The notes under the pieces were generated by a model. The model was not told the origin of the DNA. It ran no database searches and saw only the letters and a list, made by a program, of their open reading frames with translations. A DNA stretch of 64,000 nt from an uncultured virus (IMG/VR IMGVR_UViG_3300002030_000016) (taxonomy: Duplodnaviria; Heunggongvirae; Uroviricota; Caudoviricetes). Below are positions 55,701-64,000 of the stretch, one piece after another. The position numbers and the translations under genes are program-made. Each line of letters opens with the position of its first letter. Position 1 is the first letter of the stretch. The stretch lies in IMG/VR virus record IMGVR_UViG_3300002030_000016. One strand, 5' to 3'.

Positions 55701-57035
55701 TGCTGCAGACGGGGACGACGTGTAGTTCAGCGGGTAGTCTCGGAACCGAGGTTCCCCGTCTTGCGTAGAATACGTCGAAGAGATGACTGACGGGTAATCG
55801 TTCGGGATAAAATTGTCCGTTTCCGGTCTGAATGTTCCCCGCACCCCGTTGTAAGTGTCACGAATTGATTGCCGGGTTTGGACGTGGATTCCACCGCGCA
55901 GATTGCTGTGATCGAAGTACGCAGTCACAGGACGGTAGGCACCGCCGGTCAGCCGGAAGACCCCGCTGGCATAAGAAATATAGGATGCGTTTGCAGTCAG
56001 CTTGCCTTCGACCAGATCACGGGGCGGGGCGTCCGTGTTGGACCAACCGTTAAGCTGATAACGTGGTTCCGTCCCGCCGCCAGTGATGGCCACAGGTTCA
56101 TCAGCGAGGTTTGCACCAGCGATGAATGATGCTTCATCGATTTCCGATGGAAGCGCGCGAACACCCAGCGTTTGATCAAGCAAATAGTCCCGTTGGATCA
56201 TGGCCGCGTTCTGGGACCAAGCCGTCACGTTCGTCCGGGTGTCCAGAATTTTCTTTCCGCGAACCGTGGCAGTGATGTTGGGGATGCCCGCTGGGTAGAC
56301 CTTCTGCTTAAACCTCAACCGGACATACATATAGGCGATGCCGCGAAGCCGGTGTGCGTTGGTCCAGTTTTCGCTTTCAGAAACCAGATCAGCGTCAGCA
56401 GCTTGGTTCGCCCCGCCGTGGTGGAAATTGATGCGCGCATAGTCGGACCACGGGTCCGTCACCTGTTCGGATGTGGTTGTCGTAACCCGGTCTTCGCCAC
56501 CACCTGTCGAAGTGTGGGTATAGACCGTGCGTTCGCTGTCCCTGACGGATGTGTAACCGCCGTTTTGCCAGACAACCTGATCGTTGAACTGAACGGATTC
56601 GAAGGCATCGATTTCGTGACCGGCAACAGCAAGAACCAAGTGAAGATATTTCTTGTCGTTGGTCACATCGACGTACAGGACCACGGTGTCCGGGCGGCAA
56701 CGGCCATACACCAACTGGCGTGGGCTGATGGGCTGCCTGACCATCCGCGAAATCTCTTTTGGCGTCGGACCCTTCGGCTTCGGTGTCAGAAGCATCTGGG
56801 CACCGGCCAAGAGCGCCGCCACAGCAATCTTCACCAGCACCGCTTTGGTGCCCAGCACCGCAATGGCACCAGCGAGCGTGCTACCGCCTGCCAGTGCGCC
56901 GCCTACAGCGGAAAGCGCAGCAACTGCAGCGGCTGCCAATGGGGGCTGCTGATAAGCGCCGCCGAATTCCTGAACTGCTGACGACGAAAGCGCGGTGCTT
57001 CCAAGAAGGCGTTGCGACATCAGCCCACCTTCCAT
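52623..57035 (-). CDS. tail tip / host-specificity protein (lambda J-like) with FN3 domains and CBM-like modules
   Basis: PRQLVYGR, HLVLAVAGHEID, HRLRGIAY, GIPNITATVRGKKI; FN3 PDPPTALTVT; NLITNWNFSDG..GW modules. Confidence 0.85.
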   Translation of the reverse strand: MEGGLMSQRLLGSTALSSSAVQEFGGAYQQPPLAAAAVAALSAVGGALAGGSTLAGAIAVLGTKAVLVKIAVAALLAGAQMLLTPKPKGPTPKEISRMVRQPISPRQLVYGRCRPDTVVLYVDVTNDKKYLHLVLAVAGHEIDAFESVQFNDQVVWQNGGYTSVRDSERTVYTHTSTGGGEDRVTTTTSEQVTDPWSDYARINFHHGGANQAADADLVSESENWTNAHRLRGIAYMYVRLRFKQKVYPAGIPNITATVRGKKILDTRTNVTAWSQNAAMIQRDYLLDQTLGVRALPSEIDEASFIAGANLADEPVAITGGGTEPRYQLNGWSNTDAPPRDLVEGKLTANASYISYASGVFRLTGGAYRPVTAYFDHSNLRGGIHVQTRQSIRDTYNGVRGTFRPETDNFIPNDYPSVISSTYSTQDGEPRFRDYPLNYTSSPSAAQRIAHLALLQSRQMMTVALPMTLDAMDVVVGDTIAFSHEKYGWTNKQFEVVSWNFSIADNGEIGINIVGKETGPAIWDWTTSLENPYVTGPPSWLPSPFNIAPPTAVSANYAHVLQKDRTSLSIIAVNWTASPETDNTEIQWSKDAFVTTQNAFSSTGFYEISPVGEGEAYFVRVRAVTVNGKDSPWVLASDVVASGDGTIPDPPTALTVTPGYRQNTLTWTNPNNEDFDRVAIYRGPSGNFSNATEILQVRGEPGKNSSYVDSALGFNSTYHYWLRALDDSGNESARTDPSVSGTTTPVSAPEISGVLDNAEVSANSIQASHLANGAVSPASLSTEVAGSITDAAQSALADKNAAEAAATAAATAQANSETAQGLSEQAQTAAESASNQASAAQTAAETAEASADALSVAAAASATAAASSEAVAASSAEASEARAAGNLITNWNFSDGTSGWTAAGGDSVEQITGISSARSAEAIRLTDNDTDGNASALEANSYAYHLAGQTIRISGDYRTDATNAAVQGQIGFNYERQDGTFGNAWQVLPSAQSWTPFSFEVTIPANAVAARPRIRALNTNAGEWVDYTHLRMSEVTSEIAAQNHAVASASSAALALTSETEAETAASSATSAQVQAEAARDASEGFSTASQTSATNAGASATDASNSASVADTHRIDAEASRDQADTSALSAAASATSASGFADDSSASATASENSRIAAEAAETASGASATAAASSQTSAAASATSATQSASTATSEAASAATAASNAESYRDTALTARDDAEGHSADASVQANIAVSAASQNIVRKGTFNDGDITPWPATAAVVADTGAPGQTQVLQVTGVLNEGTFIPGPWAGRRIRLRGWAWCNGVDTARFGLNVERSGTGNTTDMSYTLAAANTWTEFDIEDTVRSDAEGIRARVDLGGSGSGTEARFALLRIEDIDQSYQSGLSASAAQADATIASSEASASAASATLSQTHANAAATEASNALTYRNEAVTARDDAQSNPALQFPAQKTRKQQPWQQGRLLVAT

Positions 57036-57433
57036 GCCCGAAGGGCTTTGGACATCGGCTGATAAGCGACCCCACCGCTTTCACTGACCAATGCCGCCAA
57101 CGGTCCAACGCAGACCCCCAGACCCAGACCAAACCCGGTTTCAAACAAGGCCATGTCACCCCGCTGTGCCAACTTGGGTTCAATCTCTTCAAACTCGGAT
57201 GCCATCGCCTCTTCGACGTTCTCGAATCCGTACCGCTTCAGAGCCTTTCGGGCACCACGGGCGCTATCGTATTCGCCATTCGCTTTGTCGATTGGGCTGT
57301 CCCCGGTCATCGCACGGTGGCAGGCACCGGCAAATCCCATGCAGTCGTGGCCACTTCCCCAAACGAAGGGGCGGTTCGATGCAAGTTCAATTTCCGCTGC
57401 CAAACGCGCAGGCCAGTCTTCAACACGGTTCAT
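57020..57433 (-). CDS. NlpC/P60-like tail protein (DUF6950-like)
   Basis: PFVWGSGHDCMGF...AQRGD...LGVC. Confidence 0.75.
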   Translation of the reverse strand: MNRVEDWPARLAAEIELASNRPFVWGSGHDCMGFAGACHRAMTGDSPIDKANGEYDSARGARKALKRYGFENVEEAMASEFEEIEPKLAQRGDMALFETGFGLGLGVCVGPLAALVSESGGVAYQPMSKALRAWKVG

Positions 57434-57993
57434 CCGCGCCCCCATTCGATGTCGAGTTCCTGAATGCTGTTCACGAATTCCAACCCCTTATCGCCGGGGT
57501 ATAGTTCCTGCTGCGCTGCATCCGTGTAGCGAGGCGCGACCACCAAATCCAAATCGTCCAGACGGGATGTCACGGTCAGCTTCACCGTGGTCTTCCCCGC
57601 GTTGTCATCTTCCAGCGGCATCGTGTCCATGCGCCCACGGAACAGCGTCGTGGGCTGGGGGATGATCGCGCCTTCTTCCGTCATCAAAGCGAAGACGATT
57701 TCCAAGATGCGGCCTTGGTAATCTTCAGTCAGCGCAATCGCGACGTTCTCTTCTGAGACACCTTCCAGAGAAACTTCGATTCCTGTGGTCTTGACCTCTG
57801 CAGTCTCTTCAATTTCTGAGACGCCCAGCAGGTTTCCAACGCCAAGATAGACATCGCCATCGTGGACAATCTCACCAACGCCGGTCCAGACGCGGGTGGT
57901 CCCGCTATCGAAGTAGCCGGTCATCATCAAAAGGGGGTGGACAGTCTGGCTTTTCGCCGCTTCGTCCATCGCTGCTGTCAATCCACGGGTCAT
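57430..57993 (-). CDS. minor tail (hub-like) protein
   Basis: FDSGTTRVWTGVG..YLGVG..FRGRMD..RYTDAAQQELYPGDKGLEFV. Confidence 0.75.
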   Translation of the reverse strand: MTRGLTAAMDEAAKSQTVHPLLMMTGYFDSGTTRVWTGVGEIVHDGDVYLGVGNLLGVSEIEETAEVKTTGIEVSLEGVSEENVAIALTEDYQGRILEIVFALMTEEGAIIPQPTTLFRGRMDTMPLEDDNAGKTTVKLTVTSRLDDLDLVVAPRYTDAAQQELYPGDKGLEFVNSIQELDIEWGRG

Positions 57994-58595
57994 AGTGGGC
58001 GCAAATCCTCTTCCAAGGCCAAGACGTTCAAGTCGTTGGCCCGTTCAAATCTCACTTCAGCAGCCACCTTGTCCTGCTGCAGCCGCCACAATCCTTTAGG
58101 GTCATCAAGAATCACCACCGCGCCGGATGCCGATGTGGTGAAGATCGCAGGGCGAATGTTCAGGGTGGTGGCGGTTCCATCGCCGGTCGCATCATCCACA
58201 ATGCTGTGAAGCCGCGTGCCTATCTGGATGATCGAACCTGCCTTAAATTCTTGGCCTGCCTCAGATGTCACGCTGACCGATTGGCTGCCAGCCGTCGCTT
58301 CAGCCGTCAACGTGGGGTTCGCGCCAGACACGCGAAGACCAAACCCCGGCATCCCGTACCAGAACCGGCCATACCGGCCTTCCAGCTTGAATAGCATCGC
58401 GTACCAAGGCGCGGCTGTCGCAGTCGTCATCGCCTGAAACCGCAGTTCCGACATCCACTTCGTCCGGGGCCATTTGTAGATTTTTGGCGTTCCGCTGTAG
58501 GGCGATTCAGAAATGGCTGTGGTGTTGGTCAGCGACGGGCGGCACAAAATCGGAAGTGGGCAATGTGGCGCGGTCAGTGGGGTGGGGTTTGTCAT
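57990..58595 (-). CDS. distal tail protein-like
   Basis: SESPYSG..W...L.KLEGRYGRF; directly after the tape measure gene. Confidence 0.65.
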   Translation of the reverse strand: MTNPTPLTAPHCPLPILCRPSLTNTTAISESPYSGTPKIYKWPRTKWMSELRFQAMTTATAAPWYAMLFKLEGRYGRFWYGMPGFGLRVSGANPTLTAEATAGSQSVSVTSEAGQEFKAGSIIQIGTRLHSIVDDATGDGTATTLNIRPAIFTTSASGAVVILDDPKGLWRLQQDKVAAEVRFERANDLNVLALEEDLRPL

Positions 58596-58598
58596 CGA

Positions 58599-61500
58599 TC
58601 AGTTCCCTGCCAGTTGGCGACGATAACCACCGCCGTCTTGCGACCTGCTGGCCACTTGGGTCACAGCCATTTCGACGGATTTTTCACCCATCTGTTTGAT
58701 TGCGGCATACATGCCGGGTTCGGTCACACCGGCATCCACGTTGTTCGTCACATAGACGTTTTGCTGTGGAGCGCCGCCGCCGCCGGGTACTTTGGGGATG
58801 ATCGTTCCGCTTGTATCTGGGACGAACAGTTCCGGGCGTCGTTCACCCACGATGTACGGGGTGCCCTTCCTGACGGAACCACCGTGTTCCCTGCCAAAGA
58901 TACTGCTTAGACCGCCGCCCAGCAGAGCGCCAAGCCCACCCAGCGCACCGCCGGATTGACCTGCACCATCGACACCCAGCAACTTTTCGAAGAACCCGGT
59001 TGCGATGATCTTCAGGATTTGGATGCCCAGCTTTTTCAAGCCATCTTCCACGTTGTCCAGATCGTCCAGCAGACCGGCGAACCCTTGGGCAAGCTGTTCA
59101 TTCGCCTGCTGTTGGGCCTTTTCACCCTCTTCGATCTTGTCCCTGCGTTCTTCGATCTTTTCGTTGGTCGTCTCTACCGAGTTTCGATAGTCGATTTCCG
59201 CGCCCTTCAGATCACGCATCCGCTGGATTTGATCTTCCGTGGCGCTTTCACCCAGTTCACGGATGGCCTGTTGGATTTCGAATTCGCGTTCCAACGACAG
59301 GATAAGCCGGTCGCGTTCATCAATGATTGCGGTGATTTCTTCCAGCGTCGTTGCTTCACCGGCCTGTTCGTAGGCATCGTTGATCACGTTCAGCCGATCA
59401 TCACGGCTACCACCGCCGCTGGCGATTTCTTCAAGGCGTTCCTTGATGCGAAGCTGGTCCTTCAGCCGCTCTGTCAGCCGCTCTGTCTCTGCAGTCTCTT
59501 CGCCCAGCTTGACGATCTGCTGGCGAATGGCAGCTTCATCGACTTCAACGCCACCTTCACGCGCCGCATCTGCAATGGCGCGGGCCTTATCGCGGGCCGC
59601 AATCGCTCTGGTTTCTGCCTCATAGGCTTCCGTGCCTTGGGCAGTTGCCGCCTGCAACCTGATCTGATCAGCGAGGTTCTGGCGAAGACCCGCCATGCTT
59701 TCGTTCAGCTTCTTGCGTGCATCAGCGGCCTTTTTCGCTGAAGCTGTGGTCAGGGCTTCCTTTTCAGACAGCAGCCGGTTCGCATTTCCGAGTTCAAGCG
59801 CCAAACGGGTGCCTTCGGCAACAGCTTCAGCATAGGCCACATCCCCACCAGACCGCTTCAGCGCGTCTTCCCTCGCACGGGTGACGGAAAGCCGGTCCTG
59901 CTCTAATTTCAAAGCATCCTTGACGGTCTGGGCGCGCTGGGTTTCGAACCCACCAAGCTGTTCTTGGACAGCGGCAAGGTCTTCCTGCAGACGCTTCTGT
60001 CGCTTCTGGGCGTCTTCACGCTTTTTGGTCGCAGCCTCTGCCTTCTTGGCAGCGTCGTCATCCGCCTTGGCCTTATCCGTGGCCAGCTTCTCACTTTCGG
60101 TCAGAAGGGTGTTGGCCTTCCTGATCTGGATGTTCAGTTCTTCAGCGGCCTTGGCTGATTTCGCGTAGGTTTCATCCCCGTCCGATTCCCTCAAGGCGTC
60201 TTCGTAAGCGCGGGCGATTTGCAGCTTGGCCTGTTCCGTTTCCAGCGCATCCCGTGCGGTCTTGGCCCGTTCACCTTCAAACCCACCAAGGGCTTCTTCG
60301 ATAGACGCCAAATCTTCACGAAGACGGGCTTCATTGCGGGCTGCATCCAACCGGCGTTCACTGGCCACATCCCGCTTCAGACTGGCTTCCTCTTCAGCCC
60401 GCGCGGCCTCTTCAGAAGCAGTCCGTTCATCACGGGCTTGTTCCACTCGCTGACGACCGTATTCGTTCAGAAGCGCGAAGGATGCTTCCCGGCGCTGCTG
60501 CAGCCGGACCACTTCCGCGATTTCGTCAGCTTCGCTTTCGGTTTTCCCTTTGGTCAGCGCATCTTCACGGGCGCGTTCGATGGCAAGGCGCTTTTCCTCA
60601 GTATCGATTCTGCGTTCAGCCGTGTTGGCCAACTCAACATCAACGCCCATGATTTCGCGCTGGATGACCGCGATGTCTTCCTTCAAGCGCCTGATCTTGG
60701 TCAGGTTGCTGATGGTCTTCTTCTCTTCGGTGTCAGCACCGCCACCGCCACCCGAAGCATCTTCGTTGTCTCCGGTTCCGGTTGTGGGGACGAAAGACGA
60801 CTTTTTCGGGTCAAAATTCAAAGCATCGTCAATGGCTTTGCCGGTCTTCTTGGCTTCGGCTTCAAGACGAAGAAGGGCATCGAATTCCTGAATGAACAGG
60901 TTGTCCGCTTCGGTATTCTCGCCTGCAAAGATGCGCGCCCGGACCTGTTCAGCCTTCTTTTCCAGAGCAGCCAAGGCTGCTTCTTCGGAAACCTGATCAA
61001 CCAACGGAACCCGCGCCCCGCCGCGCCCCGGCCTAACACCCCTTGGCGCAATCTCACGAAGGATTGGTTTTTGGAGGGCTTCGCGTGCAACGCTTGCGGC
61101 AATCTGCAGTTCTTGTTGCTTCACCTTCAGGACAGCCGCGATGGTTTTGGCTTCTTCCTGACGTTCTTCGATACGCGCCCGGATGGCTGAAATCTCAAGG
61201 GCAGCCGCGTTCTGGGCGGTTTCACCCTCTTTTTCGACCGCTTGTTTGTACCTGTCAGACGCCTGCTTCAGATCGTTCTTCGACTGCTCAAGATCACGAT
61301 TGACCGATTCCAGACGACTTGCAGCTTCACCGGCTTCAGTGATTTTGGTCTGAAGGTCTTCGAACTTCTCAGAAGTCGATTTGGTTTGATTGGAAAGGTA
61401 GTACATCGCACCGGCAATGGCTGTGATCGCAAGACCGATTGGGCCACCAAAGAAGGCCAGAGCCGCCTGCAGACCACGCACAGCGACCGCTGATGCTGCT

Positions 61501-62423
61501 GCGCGGGATGTCAGGGCAGCCATACCCCCAGACAGCAGACGCCCTGTCCTGTCGGCTTGGATCATCGCTGCCCCGAACCGTCCAACCAAGATGGCCGCGA
61601 TGACCAGAAGCGCATCGCCCAACGTGTCCAGATTTTCGGCAAGCATATCGATGCCGCTGGCAAGCGCCGTCGTGATGCCCAGAGACTGATCAGCAGAACC
61701 GATGTAACGGGTAAAGGCGTTGTTCAGCTTGGTCAGTGCGCGGGGGATGTTGCTTTGCATCCGCTCCGCGATGGCATCGGACTGGGCCGCGTAGCCGTCC
61801 AGAGCATTCAGGACCACATCGGTTGTGACCTTGCCTTCAGATGCGAGGACGCGAAGCTGGCCAACCGTGACCCCCATGCTGGCAGCGATGGCGCGGGCGA
61901 TTGCTGGGGCACCTTCCAAGACGCTGACCAGTTCATCCCCGCGAAGCGACCCACTCGCGAGTGCCTGACCCAGTTGCCGGATGGCAGCCGTCGCACCCGG
62001 CGCGGCCTTGGCGATGGTTTCCGTCAGGCGAAGAAGTTTGGCCTGCGACAGACCCAGACCGTCTGTCGCAACGATCAGGTTTGCGTATGTCTGGGTGACT
62101 GCAGTGATTTCAGAGTTTGAACGCTGGGCCACTTCATAAAGACGCTGCTGCGCTTCAGCGATGGCGTTTTCATCATCGATCACCCGGCGAAGGGTGTTGC
62201 CCAATTCAGACCATGCGTTGGCGTACTTCGTGACCAGATTCGCGGTCAGCCCAACGCCAATCAGCCTGATGGCAGTCTGCACCTTACGCGCCATGTCCTG
62301 AAACTGCTGACCAACATGGCGGGTGTCATTATCGACACCTTGGCGAAACCGTCTGCTGTTGTTTTGGTAGCCCCGGAAGTCGGCATCATAGACCGCGTTT
62401 AGGCGTTCAATTGTAGTTGGCAA
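58599..62423 (-). CDS. tail tape measure protein
   Basis: AIRQLGQALASGSLRGDELVSVLE tape-measure motif, long helical body, GGSV..G.PYIVGERRPELFVP C-terminus; SD AGGAGG before TTG. Confidence 0.95.
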   Translation of the reverse strand: MPTTIERLNAVYDADFRGYQNNSRRFRQGVDNDTRHVGQQFQDMARKVQTAIRLIGVGLTANLVTKYANAWSELGNTLRRVIDDENAIAEAQQRLYEVAQRSNSEITAVTQTYANLIVATDGLGLSQAKLLRLTETIAKAAPGATAAIRQLGQALASGSLRGDELVSVLEGAPAIARAIAASMGVTVGQLRVLASEGKVTTDVVLNALDGYAAQSDAIAERMQSNIPRALTKLNNAFTRYIGSADQSLGITTALASGIDMLAENLDTLGDALLVIAAILVGRFGAAMIQADRTGRLLSGGMAALTSRAAASAVAVRGLQAALAFFGGPIGLAITAIAGAMYYLSNQTKSTSEKFEDLQTKITEAGEAASRLESVNRDLEQSKNDLKQASDRYKQAVEKEGETAQNAAALEISAIRARIEERQEEAKTIAAVLKVKQQELQIAASVAREALQKPILREIAPRGVRPGRGGARVPLVDQVSEEAALAALEKKAEQVRARIFAGENTEADNLFIQEFDALLRLEAEAKKTGKAIDDALNFDPKKSSFVPTTGTGDNEDASGGGGGADTEEKKTISNLTKIRRLKEDIAVIQREIMGVDVELANTAERRIDTEEKRLAIERAREDALTKGKTESEADEIAEVVRLQQRREASFALLNEYGRQRVEQARDERTASEEAARAEEEASLKRDVASERRLDAARNEARLREDLASIEEALGGFEGERAKTARDALETEQAKLQIARAYEDALRESDGDETYAKSAKAAEELNIQIRKANTLLTESEKLATDKAKADDDAAKKAEAATKKREDAQKRQKRLQEDLAAVQEQLGGFETQRAQTVKDALKLEQDRLSVTRAREDALKRSGGDVAYAEAVAEGTRLALELGNANRLLSEKEALTTASAKKAADARKKLNESMAGLRQNLADQIRLQAATAQGTEAYEAETRAIAARDKARAIADAAREGGVEVDEAAIRQQIVKLGEETAETERLTERLKDQLRIKERLEEIASGGGSRDDRLNVINDAYEQAGEATTLEEITAIIDERDRLILSLEREFEIQQAIRELGESATEDQIQRMRDLKGAEIDYRNSVETTNEKIEERRDKIEEGEKAQQQANEQLAQGFAGLLDDLDNVEDGLKKLGIQILKIIATGFFEKLLGVDGAGQSGGALGGLGALLGGGLSSIFGREHGGSVRKGTPYIVGERRPELFVPDTSGTIIPKVPGGGGAPQQNVYVTNNVDAGVTEPGMYAAIKQMGEKSVEMAVTQVASRSQDGGGYRRQLAGN

Positions 62424-62435
62424 TGGGTCAGCCTC

Positions 62436-62663
62436 CTAAACGGGGTGTTCGCCCCGTCTGATCAAATCAGCAGCGCGTCGATATTCTTCGTCTGTCATGG
62501 GCTTCCCTTTGGTCGTGCCGTTCTGCCCCCGTCGTCTGGCGTTGACGCCTTGGGTCAGTTCGATGAATTCGGGAAGTGTCAAATCGCCCAATGCGCTTGG
62601 GCCGATTCCTAGTTCTGCGAGCGCCGCGAGCGCCTGCGATTTCGAGAGCGGTTCCGCTTTTTT
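62436..62663 (-). CDS. -1 frameshift extension of the tail assembly chaperone (G-T type)
   Basis: Slippery A AAA AAG at 62663-62657; the -1 frame reads AEPLSKSQALAALAELGIGPSALGDLTLPEF...RGEHPV to TAG at 62436. Confidence 0.8.
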   Translation of the reverse strand, partial: KKAEPLSKSQALAALAELGIGPSALGDLTLPEFIELTQGVNARRRGQNGTTKGKPMTDEEYRRAADLIRRGEHPV

Positions 62664-63076
62664 TTTTCGAAGCGGGGGCTGTCTTCTTCCAAGACTTGGG
62701 CACCCATCATAGCAACGCCGATGATGGCCTGTGCGACCTTGGCCGCTTCCAAAAGGCCCATCCCGTCATCAGAGCAAATACGGTCCACGACGCCACGGGC
62801 TTCACCCGGCTGTGCGCCACCACCGATCAGGGCATGGCGGATAACTTCCGTCACGTCCTTTCCAGAGAAAGAACCGTCAGCCAAGTCCTTCCAAATCTGC
62901 CCAATGGGCTTGGGCCTCTTCCCGTCATCCCCGAAATATCCACAGACATCTTCAACTTCGAAGATGTGTTCCATGCGAAGACGGAATTGACGTTCAGCGC
63001 CCAAGATATTGAGGGTAGTCCCGCCGCGATAAGCATTGCGACGGGCTTCCTTCTCGTGGTCGTTATCCCAGATCAT
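62609..63076 (-). CDS. tail assembly chaperone (GTA gp10-like)
   Basis: DVTEVIRHALIGGG motif; between the tail tube and tape measure genes. Confidence 0.8.
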   Translation of the reverse strand: MIWDNDHEKEARRNAYRGGTTLNILGAERQFRLRMEHIFEVEDVCGYFGDDGKRPKPIGQIWKDLADGSFSGKDVTEVIRHALIGGGAQPGEARGVVDRICSDDGMGLLEAAKVAQAIIGVAMMGAQVLEEDSPRFEKKKRNRSRNRRRSRRSQN

Positions 63077-63522
63077 GCAGCATCAGTCCAAGGGAACGCA
63101 CCGTCGTTGCCGATGGTCAGCGAGACGGTCGCAACATTGGTCCGGTTGCCTTTGACTTCGAAGGTTTCGAGCAACCAGCTTCCAGCCCAGTGACCGCCGC
63201 CCTGTGCGCCAGTACCGCCAACAATCAGGCGACCAGCAGCAGATGCTTTCTGGGCGTGAAGCGTGCGGTAGAGCGACAAGGATTCGCGTGCCAGCTTGCC
63301 GGTCGCTTGGACGTTGCAAGACGTGGACAGCTTATGGCGAAGGATCACAGCCAAGTTGTCAGCGATTGGGTCGCAGTCGTAGACTGTATCGTTCGAAATT
63401 TCCGACTGGAAGTTTGCGGTCCACTCTTCAAGACCACATGGGTCCAGATAAGTCCCCGCGTTGTCCGGGTCTTCAAAAGCGAAGTATAGCTGCCCCGGTG
63501 CAAGGGTTGCAGGTGTGGTCAT
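63073..63522 (-). CDS. major tail tube protein
   Basis: PCGL..TVYDCD..W.GSWLLETFEV..TVSLTIGNDG..W. Confidence 0.75.
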   Translation of the reverse strand: MTTPATLAPGQLYFAFEDPDNAGTYLDPCGLEEWTANFQSEISNDTVYDCDPIADNLAVILRHKLSTSCNVQATGKLARESLSLYRTLHAQKASAAGRLIVGGTGAQGGGHWAGSWLLETFEVKGNRTNVATVSLTIGNDGAFPWTDAA

Positions 63523-63968
63523 GGTCGTTCCTCTTCGATGCTTGCGCCGAATGTGACGCGGATTCGTTCAATGCCGGATAGGCGCTCCGGTAGTGATAGG
63601 GTTGTCGTGTGGACCAGCCGTGCCAGCGTGAAGCCGGTCAGCCGGAAAAGGTCGTTGCAGTGCGCGAAGTGAAGAAGTTTCTTCACCGTCCGCCCCTTCT
63701 CACGGACGAAGACATTTGCCGCTTCGCCATTCAGGCTGGTGTCATCAAGACGCGCCCAGATGTCGATGTGCAGTTCAAAATCATCCATGTCCAAGCCGTT
63801 TGCCCCGTCCTCGTTTACAGGCCCGGTGCCAACGGTGATGGCTGGATAGTCAGTCCCTTTGGGCAGCCAATCCATGTAGATCGATGCCCCAAACGACGGG
63901 TAGATGTCCGGGTTTCTCTTAAATTCAGCATGGACTGCTGCAATCAGTTCAAGGTCTGGCGTGGTCAT
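63519..63968 (-). CDS. tail terminator / completion protein (DUF3168-like)
   Basis: IYMD..P....YPAITVG..LHIDIW...VKKLLH. Confidence 0.7.
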   Translation of the reverse strand: MTTPDLELIAAVHAEFKRNPDIYPSFGASIYMDWLPKGTDYPAITVGTGPVNEDGANGLDMDDFELHIDIWARLDDTSLNGEAANVFVREKGRTVKKLLHFAHCNDLFRLTGFTLARLVHTTTLSLPERLSGIERIRVTFGASIEEERP

Positions 63969-64000
63969 GACGTTGACCTTCTGAAAGCAAGACGAAGGTT
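63965..64000 (-). CDS. 3' end of an upstream head-tail gene
   Basis: NLRLAFRRSTS-stop, ATGA-coupled to the next gene. Confidence 0.4.
   Translation of the reverse strand, partial: NLRLAFRRSTS

Noticed and set aside
49783..57035. Diversity-generating retroelement or invertase shufflon acting on the tail fibre
   Set aside because: No reverse transcriptase, no template/variable repeat pair, and no invertase or inverted crossover sites seen
1..64000. Alternative genetic code, or gene transfer agent identity
   Set aside because: Genes are intact and tightly coupled under code 11 with all three stop codons used; full replication and recombination modules indicate a genuine phage despite GTA-like tail genes

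Overview
The window is almost all of a long-tailed (siphovirus-like) bacteriophage or prophage genome of roughly 55-60% GC by eye. The host is probably an alphaproteobacterium (Hyphomicrobiales-like PraR/PhrR, GapR-like and DUF6107-like genes). It looks circularly permuted: the head protease and major capsid genes are missing and should lie just beyond both edges. Layout: (1) 1-11.0 kb, minus strand, packaging block: HAD phosphatase, TerS, about 4.4 kb of small ORFs with a tRNA-Cys and a secreted thermonuclease, TerL, portal, a MuF head protein with an HExxH peptidase tail, and a small candidate immunity gene. (2) 11.2-16.4 kb, plus strand, early genes from two near-duplicate promoters (TOPRIM protein, PraR-like regulator). 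(3) 16.2-25.3 kb, minus strand, replication block (Cro-like, GapR-like, RuvC-like, adenine methylase, initiator with iterons, SSB, SNF2 helicase). (4) 25.4-44.9 kb, plus strand, recombination and accessory genes (RecE-like exonuclease, AAA ATPase, DEDDh exonuclease, HNH, TerD-DUF1523-TerB, ASCH, Gp37/Gp68, a diglycine-terminated small protein with a Cys-containing partner). (5) 45-64 kb, minus strand, tail and lysis genes. No integrase or CI-type repressor is visible. Top leads: a likely programmed -1 frameshift (A AAA AAG, nearly the same context as the tail-chaperone frameshift) fusing the portal to the MuF-peptidase; a possible phage-encoded ubiquitin-like modifier module; and a genome-wide GGGWTNNAWCCC operator network. 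All family assignments come from motif recognition by eye; no searches were run.
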